This document shows positions 27,037-38,387 of a stretch of 46,147 nt of DNA, piece by piece. Numbering within the stretch: position 1 is the stretch's first letter; each line of letters opens with the position of its first letter. The translations under genes were made by a program, and so were the position numbers. The notes below the pieces were generated by a model. The model saw only the letters and a list, made by a program, of their open reading frames with translations, was not told the origin of the DNA and did not search any database. This stretch comes from Candidatus Deferrimicrobiaceae bacterium (GTDB lineage Bacteria > Desulfobacterota > Deferrimicrobia > Deferrimicrobiales > Deferrimicrobiaceae): NCBI GenBank assembly GCA_035256765.1, contig DATEXR010000271.1, forward strand, positions 1-46,147. The letters run 5' to 3'.

Positions 27037-28434
27037 TTGACGCTTGGGGAGGTGATCGGGGTCCTGCACCCGCTGCGGGGCGGAGGGCAGATTTCCACCC
27101 GGGATCCCATCGGTCCCGTGACCACCGACAGCAGGGAAGTTACGCCCGGGGGCGTCTTCGTCGCTCTCCCCGGCGAGCGGGTCGACGGCGCCGACTTCGT
27201 GGAGGAGGCGATCCGAAAGGGGGCGCGGGCGGCGATCGTGTCGGAGGAGGGTGCGCGCAAGGTCCCCAGCGAGGTTCTCGCCGGAAAGCCGGTGTTCGTC
27301 GTTCGCAACCCCGTCGAGGCGCTGGGGGATCTGGCCAGAGCGCATCGGGAGCGGTTCCGTCACATTCCCCTCGTGGGGATCTCGGGAAGCTCCGGAAAGA
27401 CATCCACCAAGGAATTGCTCGCGGCGCTGCTTTCCCGGAGCAAAGAGGTCCTGAAAAATCCCGGGAATCGCAACAACCTGATCGGATTGCCGCTCGCATT
27501 GCTCACGCTCTCCGGGGATCACGACGTCGCGGTGCTGGAGATGGCGACGAACCAGCCCGGGGAGATCGCCCGGCTTGCGTCGATCGCCGCTCCCGACGTG
27601 GCGGTCCTCACCAACATCGCGCCCGCCCACCTGAAGGGGCTCGGAAGCCTCGAGGGGGTGGCCCGGGAGAAGGGGGATCTGTACCGGTCCCTGCCCGAAT
27701 CGGGGACGGCGGTGGTGAATGCGACGGACCTGCGGGTGATGCGGGAGGCCGGGCGCTGCCGGGCAGCGAAGATCCACTACGGCGTCGCGCTCAACGAAAT
27801 CTCGGGGCGGGTGGTGTTCATGGACGACGAGGGGATGCGGATCGCGGTCCGGACCCCTTCCGGGGAGTTCGCCTCCTCCCTCCGCCTCACGGGCGAGCAC
27901 AACCTCATGAACGCGTTGGCCGCCGTTGCCGCCGCGTACGCCCTGGGCTTGCGCCCGGCGGATATGGAGGAGGGGTTCCGTTCCGTGGCGCCCGGCCGCG
28001 GGAGATTCCGCCCCGTCCCCCTGCGGGGAGGGGGGCTGCTCCTGGACGACACCTACAACGCGAACCCCGCCTCCGTGGAGGCGGCCCTGCGGAACCTGGT
28101 GGCTCTCCGGCGGGGGCGGCGATGCATCGTGGTCCTGGCGGACATGCTCGAACTGGGAGAGGCGTCCGGCTCCTCCCATTTCCGGATCGGGCATATGGTG
28201 GGGGGGATCAAGCCGGACCTCCTGTTCACCCACGGAACCGAGGCGGCGGCGATCGCCGGCGGCGCGAGGGAGGGCGGGCTGGACCCCGGCCGGATCATGC
28301 ACGTCGGGGAACGGGATGCGCTGCGCGGGGCGGTGACGGCCGCGTTGCGGGAAGGGGACGTCATCCTGGTCAAAGGATCCCGGGGGATGCGGCTCGAGGA
28401 GATCGCCGAAGCCGTGGAAAAGGAGTGGGCCTAG
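27037..28434 (+). CDS. murF: UDP-N-acetylmuramoyl-tripeptide--D-alanyl-D-alanine ligase MurF
   Basis: TDSREV.PG..FVAL.GER.DG..F and [13 protein letters not shown], with Mur ligase C-terminal domain. TTG 27037 lies 1 nt after the murE stop (GTG 27052 is the alternative). Confidence 0.9.
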   Translation: MTLGEVIGVLHPLRGGGQISTRDPIGPVTTDSREVTPGGVFVALPGERVDGADFVEEAIRKGARAAIVSEEGARKVPSEVLAGKPVFVVRNPVEALGDLARAHRERFRHIPLVGISGSSGKTSTKELLAALLSRSKEVLKNPGNRNNLIGLPLALLTLSGDHDVAVLEMATNQPGEIARLASIAAPDVAVLTNIAPAHLKGLGSLEGVAREKGDLYRSLPESGTAVVNATDLRVMREAGRCRAAKIHYGVALNEISGRVVFMDDEGMRIAVRTPSGEFASSLRLTGEHNLMNALAAVAAAYALGLRPADMEEGFRSVAPGRGRFRPVPLRGGGLLLDDTYNANPASVEAALRNLVALRRGRRCIVVLADMLELGEASGSSHFRIGHMVGGIKPDLLFTHGTEAAAIAGGAREGGLDPGRIMHVGERDALRGAVTAALREGDVILVKGSRGMRLEEIAEAVEKEWA

Positions 28435-28438
28435 TTCG

Positions 28439-29515
28439 ATGCTGTACCATCTTCTCTTCCCGCTGCACGTGGACTATTCGTTTTTCAACGTGTTCCGGTA
28501 CATCACGTTCCGCACGATCTACGCCGCGATCACGGCGCTGCTTCTGTGCTTCGTCCTCGGGCCGTGGCTCATCCGCGAGCTCGGCTCCCACCAGATCGGG
28601 CAGATTATCCGGAGGGACGGGCCGGAGAGGCACCTGGCGAAGGAAGGGACGCCGACGATGGGGGGGCTCCTGATCGTCTTGGCCGTCGTGATCCCGACCC
28701 TGCTCTGGGCGAACCTCTCGAACCCCTACATTTGGATCGCGGTATTTGTGACCGTCGGGTACGGGACGATCGGCTTCCTCGACGACTACAAGAAAGTCAT
28801 CCGGAAGGATGCGAAGGGCCTGAGCGCGAAGGCCAAATTCACCAGCCAGATCCTCCTCGCCGGGATCGCGGCGACGCTGATCTACATGGACATCGGGATC
28901 CAGGACAAGGTGAGCATTCCCTTCTTCAAGAAGATCAACCCGAGACTGGGGATCTTCTACATTCCGTTCATCATCCTCGTGATCGTGGGGGCGTCGAACG
29001 CCGTCAACCTCACCGACGGTCTCGACGGGCTTGCCGTCGGGCCCTCCATCATCGCCGCCGGGACCTACATGCTGTTCGCCTATCTCACCGGGCACGTGAA
29101 GATCGCGAACTACCTGCAGATCCCGTATGTGCCGGGGGCGGGGGAGCTCACCATCTTCTGCGGCGCCATGGCCGGGGCGGGCATCGGGTTTCTCTGGTTC
29201 AACACCTATCCCGCCCAGGTGTTCATGGGGGACACCGGCTCGCTGTCCCTGGGCGCCGCGCTGGGCGTCGTAGCCGTGATGGTGAAGCAGGAGATCGTCC
29301 TGGTCCTGGTGGGGGGGGTGTTCGTGATGGAAGCCCTCTCGGTGATCTTCCAGGTCTTCTCCTACAAGACCACCCGGAAGCGGATCTTCCGGATGGCGCC
29401 GGTGCATCACCATTTCGAACTGAAGGGGTGGGCGGAGCCCAAGATCATCGTCCGGTTCTGGATCATATCGATCATCCTGGCGCTGCTGGCCATCAGCACG
29501 CTCAAGATCCGGTGA
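28439..29515 (+). CDS. mraY: Phospho-N-acetylmuramoyl-pentapeptide transferase MraY
   Basis: Polytopic membrane protein with [30 protein letters not shown] and APVHHHFEL motifs. Confidence 0.96.
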   Translation: MLYHLLFPLHVDYSFFNVFRYITFRTIYAAITALLLCFVLGPWLIRELGSHQIGQIIRRDGPERHLAKEGTPTMGGLLIVLAVVIPTLLWANLSNPYIWIAVFVTVGYGTIGFLDDYKKVIRKDAKGLSAKAKFTSQILLAGIAATLIYMDIGIQDKVSIPFFKKINPRLGIFYIPFIILVIVGASNAVNLTDGLDGLAVGPSIIAAGTYMLFAYLTGHVKIANYLQIPYVPGAGELTIFCGAMAGAGIGFLWFNTYPAQVFMGDTGSLSLGAALGVVAVMVKQEIVLVLVGGVFVMEALSVIFQVFSYKTTRKRIFRMAPVHHHFELKGWAEPKIIVRFWIISIILALLAISTLKIR

Positions 29516-29516
29516 G

Positions 29517-30863
29517 ATGGAATCCTTCGGCGGGAAGAACGCGTTCGTGATCGGGGCCGGGGTATCGGGGTTTGCCTCGGCCCTCCTCCTCCTGCGCGAA
29601 GGTGCCCGGGTCACGCTGCTCGACGAGCGCCCGAAGGAGGACGTGGAGCGGTCTCTCGGGCATCCCGTACCGCCGCAGATCGCTTTCGTCCGCGGCAGGA
29701 TGACCGAGAAGGAGGCGCCGGGGACGGATCTCGTGATCCTCTCCCCCGGGGTCCCGCGGGAGAAGCTCCCCCTCCCGGAGCTGGCCCGGTCCGGGACCCC
29801 CGTGTGGGGGGAACTGGAGCTCGCCTTTCGCCGGTTCCCCGGGAAAGTGGCCGCCGTGACGGGGACGAACGGCAAGTCGACGGTCACAACGCTCCTGGGC
29901 GACATGGCGTCGCGGGCCTTCCCCCGGGTCTTCGTCGGGGGGAACCTGGGGACCCCCTTCGCCAGCGCGGCGGACGACCCGTACGACTGGGCCGTGGTGG
30001 AGGTGTCCAGCTTCCAGCTGGAGACGATCGACGCCTTCCGGCCCGCCGTGGCCGTTCTGCTGAACATCACGGAGGACCATCGCGACCGGTATCCCGATTT
30101 CGCTTCCTATGCCGCCGCGAAGATGGCGATCTTCCGGAACCAGGATCCGGCCGATGCCGCCGTCGTGAATGACGAAGACCGGGAGGTGTCCGCACGGATC
30201 GCGCAGGTCCGCTCCGCGAGGATCCCGTTCTCCCTCTCCCGGCCGCTCACGACGGGGGTGTTCCGGGACGGGGAGGAGATGGTCCACCGGGACGGCTCCG
30301 TCGAGGAGAGGTACAAGACGTCGCTCCTCCAGGTGCGGGGGCTTCAGAACGTGGAGAACGCCATGGCGGCGATCGGGGCGGCACGCCGCATGGGGATCCC
30401 GTCCGACGCCGTCCGGGAGGGCCTTTCGGCCTTCGCCGGGCTTCCGCACCGCGTGGAGTTCGTCCGGGAAGTGCGCGGGGTCTCCTTCTTCAACGACTCG
30501 AAAGGGACCAACGTCGGCGCGGTCCTCAAATGCCTGGAGGGGTTTTCCGAGCCCGTGATTCTCATCGCCGGCGGGAAGGACAAGGGGGTGGATTTCCGGC
30601 CCCTTCGGGATCCCCTGGGGCGGAAAGCCCGGGCGGCAATCCTCCTGGGGGAGGCGCAGGGAAGAATGAAGCGGGAACTCATGGGGTCGGTGCCCATCCT
30701 GCTGGCCGGCTCCCTCGACGAGGCGGTCGGTCAGGCCGCGGAGTGCGCGCGGGAAGGCGATGTCGTGGTGCTCTCCCCGGCCTGTTCGAGCTTCGACATG
30801 TTCCGCAATTTCGAGGAGCGCGGCGAGGCGTTCCGGGAGGCGGTGAGGAGGTTGCCGGAATGA
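29517..30863 (+). CDS. murD: UDP-N-acetylmuramoylalanine--D-glutamate ligase MurD
   Basis: N-terminal Rossmann GAGVSG, P-loop VTGTNGKSTV, NDSKGTN and SPACSSFDMF motifs. Confidence 0.94.
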   Translation: MESFGGKNAFVIGAGVSGFASALLLLREGARVTLLDERPKEDVERSLGHPVPPQIAFVRGRMTEKEAPGTDLVILSPGVPREKLPLPELARSGTPVWGELELAFRRFPGKVAAVTGTNGKSTVTTLLGDMASRAFPRVFVGGNLGTPFASAADDPYDWAVVEVSSFQLETIDAFRPAVAVLLNITEDHRDRYPDFASYAAAKMAIFRNQDPADAAVVNDEDREVSARIAQVRSARIPFSLSRPLTTGVFRDGEEMVHRDGSVEERYKTSLLQVRGLQNVENAMAAIGAARRMGIPSDAVREGLSAFAGLPHRVEFVREVRGVSFFNDSKGTNVGAVLKCLEGFSEPVILIAGGKDKGVDFRPLRDPLGRKARAAILLGEAQGRMKRELMGSVPILLAGSLDEAVGQAAECAREGDVVVLSPACSSFDMFRNFEERGEAFREAVRRLPE

Positions 30864-32041
30864 ACATCGGGAAACGGCACGAGAACCTGATCCTCACTCT
30901 CTGCACGCTGATCCTGGTGGGACTGGGAGCCGTGATGGTGTACAGCGCCTCGTCGGTGACCGCGGGAGCGTCCGACCGGCTCGGGCACGACGCCGCGTAC
31001 TATTTCAAGCGGCAGGTTCTCTTCCTCGCGTTGGGAGCCTCCCTGGCCCTTTTCCTCTCCCGGGTCGACTACGACATCTTTCGTCGGCACATCCTGCTCT
31101 TCCTGGGGGGGACCCTCGTGCTCCTCGTCCTCGTTTTCGTTCCCGGGTTCCGGCACACGGTCAACGGCGCGTCCCGGTGGATCAACTTCCGGATCTTCAC
31201 CTTCCAGCCTTCCGAGCTTGCCAAGTTCTCCCTCCTTGCCTATGCGGCCTACGCCGTCGACCGGAGGGGGGAGAACTTCCGCGAGGGCGGGCGGGCGTTC
31301 CTCCCGATGCTTGCGGCGCTTGCGGTCTTCATGGGGCTGATCCTCAAGGAGCCGGACTTCGGCATGGCGGTGGTCATCACCGCGTCGTTCCTGGCGCTGC
31401 TGTTCATCGCCGGATTCCCGTGGAAACTGCTTGCGGGATGCGGAGTCCTGGGGGTTGCGGGGGGGATCGTCGCGATCGCCGCGAAACCGTACCGGATGGC
31501 GCGCCTTTCGGCCTTCTTCGATCCGTTTTCCCAGGCGCAGGCGGCGGGATACCAGGTGGTGCAGTCCCTGATCGCCTTCTCGAACGGAGGCCTTCTCGGG
31601 ACGGGAATCGGGGCCGGGAAACAGAAGCTCTTTTATCTCCCGGAGATGCACACGGACTACATCTTCTCCGTCATCGGGGAGGAGCTCGGGTTCGCGGGAG
31701 TCGTCGCGGTTGGGGCCTGCTTCATGACGCTCGTCTGGGTCGGGTTCCGGATCGGCCGGCGCGCCCGCGATCCGTTCGGGAAGTACCTCGCGATGGGGGT
31801 GTCTACCGTGATCGGCGTGCAGGCCCTCGCGAACATGATGGTGGGCCTGAAGATGCTCCCGCCGAAGGGGATGGTCCTGCCGTTCCTGAGCTACGGGGGA
31901 TCCTCGCTCATTCTTCATCTGGCGGCGATCGGGGTCCTCACGAACATCTCGATGAAAGGAGCGGAAGGATTTGTCGCTGAACCTGTTGATCGCAGGCGGG
32001 GGAACCGGCGGGCACGTGTTCCCGGGGATAGCGCTTGCTGA
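30860..32041 (+). CDS. ftsW: Peptidoglycan glycosyltransferase FtsW (SEDS family)
   Basis: About 10 TM segments, with QPSELAK, TDYIFSVIGEELGF and LPFLSYGGSS motifs. ATGA overlap with murD. The last ~24 codons overlap murG. Confidence 0.92.
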   Translation: MNIGKRHENLILTLCTLILVGLGAVMVYSASSVTAGASDRLGHDAAYYFKRQVLFLALGASLALFLSRVDYDIFRRHILLFLGGTLVLLVLVFVPGFRHTVNGASRWINFRIFTFQPSELAKFSLLAYAAYAVDRRGENFREGGRAFLPMLAALAVFMGLILKEPDFGMAVVITASFLALLFIAGFPWKLLAGCGVLGVAGGIVAIAAKPYRMARLSAFFDPFSQAQAAGYQVVQSLIAFSNGGLLGTGIGAGKQKLFYLPEMHTDYIFSVIGEELGFAGVVAVGACFMTLVWVGFRIGRRARDPFGKYLAMGVSTVIGVQALANMMVGLKMLPPKGMVLPFLSYGGSSLILHLAAIGVLTNISMKGAEGFVAEPVDRRRGNRRARVPGDSAC

Positions 32042-33080
32042 GGCGTTTCTCGCTCTCTCCCCGGGAGGATCCGTCTCCTTCGTCGGGACGGAGGGAGGGC
32101 TCGAGGCGAAGGCGGTGCCGTCCCGGGGGATCGGGATCGATTTCGTCTCCTCGGGGCAGGTCCGGGGCCGCGGGGCGGGGGGGCTTACGGGGGTGGCCAG
32201 GATGATCGGCGGGCTTTTCGTCTCCTTCCGGGTATTGCGCCGCAGGCGCCCCGGCCTGGTGTTCGGGGTCGGCGGGTACGCCTCCGTGCCCGTGTCGCTG
32301 GCGGCGGCGGCCATGGGGATCCCGCTTTTTCTGCAGGAACAGAACGCCGTCCCCGGCAGATCGAACCGGATGCTCGGGAGGATGGCCAGGCGGGTATACA
32401 CGGGGTTCGGGGAGGCGGTCCCGTACTTTCCCCCGGGAAGGGCCTCGGTGTCCGGGAACCCCGTCCGCCGGGAGATCGTGGAAGCGGCCGCCGAGTCCCG
32501 GAAACGGTTCCCCTCCCCCTCCCCCTTCACCGTTTTCGCGATGGGGGGATCCCAGGGGGCGAGGGCGATCAACGAGCTCGTGCTCGGCCTGGGACGGGAG
32601 GTGAAGGGCGGGGGAGGCGAAATGCGGTTCCTCCTCCAGACCGGGGAACGGGAGTTCGCCGCCGTGGAGGGCATCGTCCGGGAGGAGGGACTCCCCATCG
32701 AGCCGTTCCCCTTCACGGAGCGGATCGGGGATTGGTTCGCACGCTGCCACGCGGTCCTGATGCGGGCCGGGGCTCTCTCCATCGCCGAAGCCGCCCTCTT
32801 CGGCAAACCGTGCGTGCTGGTCCCGTACCCCTTCGCCGCCGATCGCCACCAGGAAAAGAACGCCGAGGAGTTCTGCGCGGGAGGGGGCGGGGTCTGGATG
32901 CGGCAGGAGCAGGCGTCCGTGGGGAAGGTGCGGGAGACGCTTTCCCTTTGGGCGGGGGATCCCGCGAGAAGAAAGGCGGCCGAGGAGGGGGCTGCGCGGT
33001 TCTCCCGGCCGGACGCGGCCGCGGAGATCATCCGGTCGGCGCTGCGCGAACTGGGGAAAGGAGAGGCCGGGGGTGTATAG
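31971..33080 (+). CDS. murG: UDP-N-acetylglucosamine--N-acetylmuramyl-(pentapeptide) pyrophosphoryl-undecaprenol GlcNAc transferase MurG
   Basis: [20 protein letters not shown]-terminus, GGSQGA, and AGALSIAE with the downstream Q.KNA motif. TTG start preceded by AAAGGAG/GGAAGGA. Confidence 0.92.
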   Translation: MSLNLLIAGGGTGGHVFPGIALAEAFLALSPGGSVSFVGTEGGLEAKAVPSRGIGIDFVSSGQVRGRGAGGLTGVARMIGGLFVSFRVLRRRRPGLVFGVGGYASVPVSLAAAAMGIPLFLQEQNAVPGRSNRMLGRMARRVYTGFGEAVPYFPPGRASVSGNPVRREIVEAAAESRKRFPSPSPFTVFAMGGSQGARAINELVLGLGREVKGGGGEMRFLLQTGEREFAAVEGIVREEGLPIEPFPFTERIGDWFARCHAVLMRAGALSIAEAALFGKPCVLVPYPFAADRHQEKNAEEFCAGGGGVWMRQEQASVGKVRETLSLWAGDPARRKAAEEGAARFSRPDAAAEIIRSALRELGKGEAGGV

Positions 33081-34440
33081 GAAAGGACTGCGCATCCACT
33101 TCGTCGGGATCGGCGGGATCGGGATGAGCGGGATTGCCGAGCTCCTCCTGAACCTCGGCTACCGCGTCACCGGATCGGACCTTCGGCTCTCGGACACCAC
33201 GGAGCGGCTTGCCCGTCTCGGAGCGGAGATCCGGGGGGAGCACGCGGCCGCCAACATCCCGGAGGACGGCCACGTGGTGGTGGTCTCCTCGGCCGTCCGT
33301 CCGGACAACCCGGAAGTGATCGAGGCGCATCGCAGGAAGATCCCGGTCATCCCCCGGGCGGAGATGCTTGCCGAACTCATGCGGATGAAATACGGGATCG
33401 CCATCGCGGGAACGCACGGCAAGACGACCACGACCTCGATGGTGGCCACCCTCCTCGCGACGGCCGGGTGGGACCCGACCGCCGTGGTGGGGGGGAAGCT
33501 CAACAGCCTCGGCTCCAACGCGAAGCTCGGGTCCGGGGATTTCCTGGTGGCCGAGGCCGACGAGAGCGACGGGTCGTTCCTGAAACTCTCCCCCACCGTG
33601 GCGGTGGTGACCAACATCGATGCCGAGCACCTCGACTACTACTCGGGAATCGGGCAGATCAAGGAGACTTTTCTCCACTTCCTCAACAAGGTTCCCTTCT
33701 ACGGGTTCGCCGTCCTGTGCGTGGACCACCCGAATGTCCAGGAGCTCATCCCCGCGCTTCAGAAGACGTACGTCACCTACGGCTTTTCCCCGCAGGCGGA
33801 TTACCGGGCCGACGGGGTCTCGCCCGAGGGGATGGCGAACCGCTTCCGGGTGGTCCGCCGCGGCGAGATCCTCGGCGAGGTCTTGCTTTCCGCACCCGGC
33901 CGCCACAACGTGAGCAACGCGCTTGCCGCGGTGGCGGTCGCTTCGGAGCTGGGGATCCCCTTCGACAAGATCCGGGAAGGGCTGGCCGACTACCGGGGAG
34001 TGCACAGGAGGTTCCAGATCAAGGGAGAGCGGGAAGGCGTGACGGTCGTGGACGATTACGGGCATCACCCCGCGGAGATCCGCGCGACGCTTTCCGCCGC
34101 CCGGGAGGTGTGGCCCTCCCGCCGGATCGTCGTCGGCTTCCAGCCGCACCGGTACTCCCGGACGCACGCCCTTTTCCAGGAGTTCGTCTCCGCGTTCCAC
34201 GATGCGGACCTGCTCTTCGTTTTCGAGGTCTACCCCGCGGGGGAGGAACCGATCCCGGGGGCCTCGGGCGAGCGGCTCTGCGAGGCGATACGGGACCACG
34301 GGCACAAGGCGGTCTTTTTCGCGGGGAAGGCAGGGGAAGCCGCAGGGCGGATTCTCCCCCGGCTGCAACCGGGCGACATATTTCTGACCATGGGGGCCGG
34401 AGATGTCTGGAAACTGGCAGAGGGCGTGGTATCCGCCTGA
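33073..34440 (+). CDS. murC: UDP-N-acetylmuramate--L-alanine ligase MurC
   Basis: [39 protein letters not shown] and DDYGHHP motifs. GTG start overlaps the murG end by 8 nt. Confidence 0.94.
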   Translation: MYRKGLRIHFVGIGGIGMSGIAELLLNLGYRVTGSDLRLSDTTERLARLGAEIRGEHAAANIPEDGHVVVVSSAVRPDNPEVIEAHRRKIPVIPRAEMLAELMRMKYGIAIAGTHGKTTTTSMVATLLATAGWDPTAVVGGKLNSLGSNAKLGSGDFLVAEADESDGSFLKLSPTVAVVTNIDAEHLDYYSGIGQIKETFLHFLNKVPFYGFAVLCVDHPNVQELIPALQKTYVTYGFSPQADYRADGVSPEGMANRFRVVRRGEILGEVLLSAPGRHNVSNALAAVAVASELGIPFDKIREGLADYRGVHRRFQIKGEREGVTVVDDYGHHPAEIRATLSAAREVWPSRRIVVGFQPHRYSRTHALFQEFVSAFHDADLLFVFEVYPAGEEPIPGASGERLCEAIRDHGHKAVFFAGKAGEAAGRILPRLQPGDIFLTMGAGDVWKLAEGVVSA

Positions 34441-34471
34441 GGGACGGGAGAGGCAAGGCCGGCGGGGAGGG

Positions 34472-35359
34472 ATGATGGGCAAGGTCGAGGAGGTGTTCGG
34501 CGCCAGGATGCGGGAGTTCACCACCGTGAGGATCGGAGGGCCGGCCGAGCGGATCGTCTTTCCGCACTCGGGGAAGGAGGTCCAGGAGGTCCTCGCGGCG
34601 GAGCGGGGCGCGAACCGGGAGGTGAGGGCGCTGGGAGCGGGCAGCAACCTCCTCGTGTCGGACGGCGGCATTCGCGGCACGGTGATCTGTCTGAAGAAGA
34701 ACATGGGAAAGGTCCTCTTCGCCCCGGGGGGAGCGGTGGTCGCCGACGCGGGCGTGATGCTTCCGAGGTTCGCGGTCCTGTGCGCCCTGTCCTCCCTCTC
34801 CGGCGCCGAAGAGCTGGGGGGGATCCCGGGGACGGTGGGCGGAGCGCTGACGATGAATGCCGGGGCGTACGGACGGTCCATCGGGGAGATCGTCGAGTGG
34901 GTGGAGATCGTGGATGACGGGGGGAACCTTCACCGCGTCGCGGCGGGGGAGATCGGTTTCTCCTACCGGACGGCGGAGTACCCCGTCGCGGGGATCATCG
35001 TCCGCGCCGGTTTCCGGCTTCGCCCGGGCCATTCCGATGAGGCGTTCGCCCGCATGAAGGGATTCAACGAAAGACGCCGCGCCTGCCAGCCCTGGGGGGA
35101 GAGGACGTTCGGCTCCACCTTCCGGAACCCTCCCGGGGGCGAGAGGGCGGCATCCCTGCTGGAGCGGGCGGGGATGAAGGGGGCCCGCGAGGGAGACGCG
35201 ATGTTTTCGGAGAAGCATGCCAATTTCATGGTCAACCGGGGGCGGGCCGGCGCGTCCGATGTCCTGCGGCTCATCGCGCGGGGGAGGGAGGCGGTGCGGA
35301 ATCTTGCGAACGTCACGCTGGCGACCGAGGTGAAGATGTGGGGAATCGCGGATGAGTGA
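34472..35359 (+). CDS. murB: UDP-N-acetylenolpyruvoylglucosamine reductase MurB
   Basis: FAD-binding TT.RIGGPA, LG.GSNLLVSD.G, GIPGTVGGA..MNAGAYG, SYR and GS.F.NP motifs. Confidence 0.92.
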   Translation: MMGKVEEVFGARMREFTTVRIGGPAERIVFPHSGKEVQEVLAAERGANREVRALGAGSNLLVSDGGIRGTVICLKKNMGKVLFAPGGAVVADAGVMLPRFAVLCALSSLSGAEELGGIPGTVGGALTMNAGAYGRSIGEIVEWVEIVDDGGNLHRVAAGEIGFSYRTAEYPVAGIIVRAGFRLRPGHSDEAFARMKGFNERRRACQPWGERTFGSTFRNPPGGERAASLLERAGMKGAREGDAMFSEKHANFMVNRGRAGASDVLRLIARGREAVRNLANVTLATEVKMWGIADE

Positions 35360-36287
35360 GAAGGGCAGGTTCCGGGGGAAGACGGTGGGGGTCTTCCTCG
35401 GCGGGGAGTCCTCGGAGCGCGAGGTGTCGCTCCGGACGGGGGGAGCCGCCGCGCAGGCCCTTCGCCGGAGGGGATATGGCGTGTCCGAGATCGACATCCG
35501 GGGGGATTGGTTGCGGGCGATCCGGGAAGCGAAGATCGACGTCGCCTTCGTCGCCCTCCACGGCCGGCTGGGGGAGGACGGATGCATCCAGGGAGCCCTG
35601 GAGCTTGCCCGCGTGCCGTATACGGGATCGGGCGTCGCCGCCTCCGCCGTCTCGATGAGCAAGGTTCTGGCCAAACGGGTCGTCGCCGCCGCGGGGGTCC
35701 CCTGTCCGCAGGACGCCGTTTTCGAGGGGGAGGCGCTTGCCGCCCCCGCCCCGCCGGCGTTCGGCTTCCCTCTGGTGGTGAAGCCGGACCGGGAAGGATC
35801 CACGGTGGGGATCAGCGTAGTCCGCGATATCGGCGGATGGGAGGGGGCGATGGCCGAGGCGGGGAAGTACGACCCCCGGGTGCTGGTCGAGGACTACGTG
35901 CCGGGGAGGGAGATCACGGTGGGGATCGTGAACGGACGGGTCCTCCCCGCCATCGAGATCGTGCCGAAGTCCGGCTCGGGATTCTACGACTACCATTCCA
36001 AGTACACGGTCGGCCAGACGGAGTACGTGATCCCCGTCCCGATGGACCGCGACATCCTCCAGCGGGCGGCGGAGTTCACGCGGATGGCGGCTTCCGCCCT
36101 GTCGCTGCGGGGCGCGGCAAGGATCGATTACCGGGTCGACCCCGCGGGGAACCTCTTCTTCCTGGAGGCGAACACGATCCCGGGAATGACGGAAACGAGC
36201 CTGTTGCCGAAAGCGGCCCGCTTCGACGGGATTTCCTTCGAGGACCTCGTCGAGGAGATCCTGGACGATGCGGGGTTGTCCAAGTAG
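35352..36287 (+). CDS. ddl: D-alanine--D-alanine ligase
   Basis: VFLGG.S.EREVSL.TG, FVALHG..GEDG.IQG.LEL...PYTGSGV, KP..EGS.VGIS and the EANT.PGMT ATP-grasp signature. Confidence 0.94.
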   Translation: MSEKGRFRGKTVGVFLGGESSEREVSLRTGGAAAQALRRRGYGVSEIDIRGDWLRAIREAKIDVAFVALHGRLGEDGCIQGALELARVPYTGSGVAASAVSMSKVLAKRVVAAAGVPCPQDAVFEGEALAAPAPPAFGFPLVVKPDREGSTVGISVVRDIGGWEGAMAEAGKYDPRVLVEDYVPGREITVGIVNGRVLPAIEIVPKSGSGFYDYHSKYTVGQTEYVIPVPMDRDILQRAAEFTRMAASALSLRGAARIDYRVDPAGNLFFLEANTIPGMTETSLLPKAARFDGISFEDLVEEILDDAGLSK

Positions 36288-37127
36288 ATGATCGAGTACA
36301 AGGCATACCACAAGAAGTCGCTCGGGAAGCGGAAGCGTCCGCACGCGGCGCGCAGGAAGAAGAAAAAGGGGAAGGAGGAAACCCCCGGCCGGACCCAATT
36401 CCGGCGTTCGATCCCGATCATCGCCGCGGTGCTGGCCTTCCTCCTCCTGGGGGCGGCGGGGGCGGCCGCCTACACCTGGCTGGGACGCTCCGCCATCTTC
36501 TCGGTGCGGGTCGTCGACATGAACCCGTGCGACCACGTGTCGAAAGACGAGATCTCGGGGATGCTCAAGGGGGTCGCCCGGGGAAACATCTGGTCGCTCT
36601 CCAAGGAGGAGATCGGCCGGCGGATCCTGTCCCACCCGTTCGCGCGGGAAGTGGCCGTCCGGAAGGCGTTCCCGGACAAGCTCGTCGTGCACATCGAGGA
36701 ACGGGAGCCGGTCGCGATGATCAACCTGGACGCTCTCTACTACGTGGATGAGCAGGGATCCATCTTCAAGCGCTTGACCGCGTACGACGCGAAGAACCTT
36801 CCGATCCTCACCGGTTTTTCGCGGGGGGACCTGGCGGCGAAGGACCCGGTCACGATCCGGAACCTGAAGAAGACGATCGACCTTCTGCATCACGCGGAAG
36901 CGGGCGTCCTGCGCCGGAACATCTCGGAGGTCCACTTCGACGCCCAGGACGGGTACACGCTGGTGACCCGGGACTTCGGGCTCCAGCTGAAGATCGGGAC
37001 GATGGAATTTTCCAAGGCGATGCAGCGGGTGGAGGAGGCGATGCCGAAGCTGGCGAGCCTGGGCCAATCGAAGGGGGTCGTCGACCTGAAAACAGAGGGC
37101 CGCATCTTCGTGCGGCCGGGGGAGTAG
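36288..37127 (+). CDS. ftsQ: Cell division protein FtsQ
   Basis: Basic cytoplasmic tail, a single TM (IIAAVLAFLLLGAAGAAAY) and a POTRA-like region (V..V.V.G...VS..EI). Position between ddl and ftsA. Confidence 0.85.
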   Translation: MIEYKAYHKKSLGKRKRPHAARRKKKKGKEETPGRTQFRRSIPIIAAVLAFLLLGAAGAAAYTWLGRSAIFSVRVVDMNPCDHVSKDEISGMLKGVARGNIWSLSKEEIGRRILSHPFAREVAVRKAFPDKLVVHIEEREPVAMINLDALYYVDEQGSIFKRLTAYDAKNLPILTGFSRGDLAAKDPVTIRNLKKTIDLLHHAEAGVLRRNISEVHFDAQDGYTLVTRDFGLQLKIGTMEFSKAMQRVEEAMPKLASLGQSKGVVDLKTEGRIFVRPGE

Positions 37128-38357
37128 ATGGAACCTTCGGCGGGGCCGGTGATCGCCGGCCTGGATGTGGGATCGAGCAAGGTCGCAACGGTCGTTGCGA
37201 GGAAGACCCCCGGGGGGGTGGAAATCCTCGGCATGGGGATCTGCCCGACGGAGGGGATGCGCAAGGGGTCCGTGGTCAACGTGGACGCGACCGTCAAGTC
37301 GATCTCGCAGAGCGTCTCCGAGGCGGAGAAGATGACGGGCCTCCCGGTTGTTTCCGCGCTGGTCGGCGTGTCCGGCCCCCTGATCAAGTCGTTCAACAGC
37401 CATGCGGCCGTCTCCGTGCGGAACGAGCGGGAAGTGACCGACACGGACGTGGGGCGGGTCCTCGAGCTGGCCAAGGCGGTGGAGCTTCCGGCGGACCGGG
37501 AGATCCTGCATGTCCTGACCCAGGAATTCATCGTCGACGACATGCCCGGGATCAAGGACCCCCGCGGCATGACGGGGATCCGCCTGGATGCGCGGGTGCA
37601 CGTGGTGACCGACGACCTGCCCAGCACGCGGAACCTCGTTCGGTGCGTCGAGAAGGCCGAGATCAACATCGTCGACATCGTGCTCTCCCCGCTGGCTTCC
37701 GCGGAGGCCGTGCTGACCCCGGAGGAGCGCGAGGTGGGCGTGGCGCTCCTGGACTTCGGCGGAGGGACCGTCGACATGGCCATCTTCTATGACGGGGCGC
37801 TGCGCCACACCTTCGTCCTTGCGCTGGGAGGCGGGAACATCACCGCCGACGTGGCGGTGGGGCTCCGGATCCCCGCGGCGGACGCCGAATCCCTGAAGAT
37901 CGCCTCGGGGTGCGCCGCGATCCAGAAGGTGCGGCGGGACGAACTCGTGGAGTTGCCGGGGGTGGGGGGCCGCCAGCCGCGGCCGATCCGGCGGCAATAC
38001 CTGAGCGAGATCATCGAGCCCCGGGCGGAGGAGATCTTCACTCTTCTCCGGAAGGAGATCCTGCGCTCGGGGTTCGAGGAGATGCTCGGGGCGGGGATCG
38101 TCCTGACGGGCGGCGGCTCCCGGCTGGACGGCCTGCCCGAACTGGGGGAACGGGTCTTTCACCTGCCCGTCCGGCGCGGGGTCCCCATCGGGGTCGGCGG
38201 GAGGGTGGATCTGGTGAACAGCGGGTCGTTCGCCACGGGGGTGGGGCTTACCCTCTACGGGGCGAAGCTGGCGGAGAGCGGCGTGTCCAAAGCGGGCGAG
38301 GAGGACGAGGGCGGATGGATGGCTCGGGTGAAGCGGATCTTATCGGAGTTCTTCTAA
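37128..38357 (+). CDS. ftsA: Cell division protein FtsA
   Basis: Actin-fold motifs GLDVGSSKV, LDFGGGT.D and LTGGGS.L.G, with a C-terminal amphipathic helix (RVKRILSEFF). Confidence 0.95.
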   Translation: MEPSAGPVIAGLDVGSSKVATVVARKTPGGVEILGMGICPTEGMRKGSVVNVDATVKSISQSVSEAEKMTGLPVVSALVGVSGPLIKSFNSHAAVSVRNEREVTDTDVGRVLELAKAVELPADREILHVLTQEFIVDDMPGIKDPRGMTGIRLDARVHVVTDDLPSTRNLVRCVEKAEINIVDIVLSPLASAEAVLTPEEREVGVALLDFGGGTVDMAIFYDGALRHTFVLALGGGNITADVAVGLRIPAADAESLKIASGCAAIQKVRRDELVELPGVGGRQPRPIRRQYLSEIIEPRAEEIFTLLRKEILRSGFEEMLGAGIVLTGGGSRLDGLPELGERVFHLPVRRGVPIGVGGRVDLVNSGSFATGVGLTLYGAKLAESGVSKAGEEDEGGWMARVKRILSEFF

Positions 38358-38387
38358 TACATCAGGCGGGGCGAAAAGGAGGCAGAC

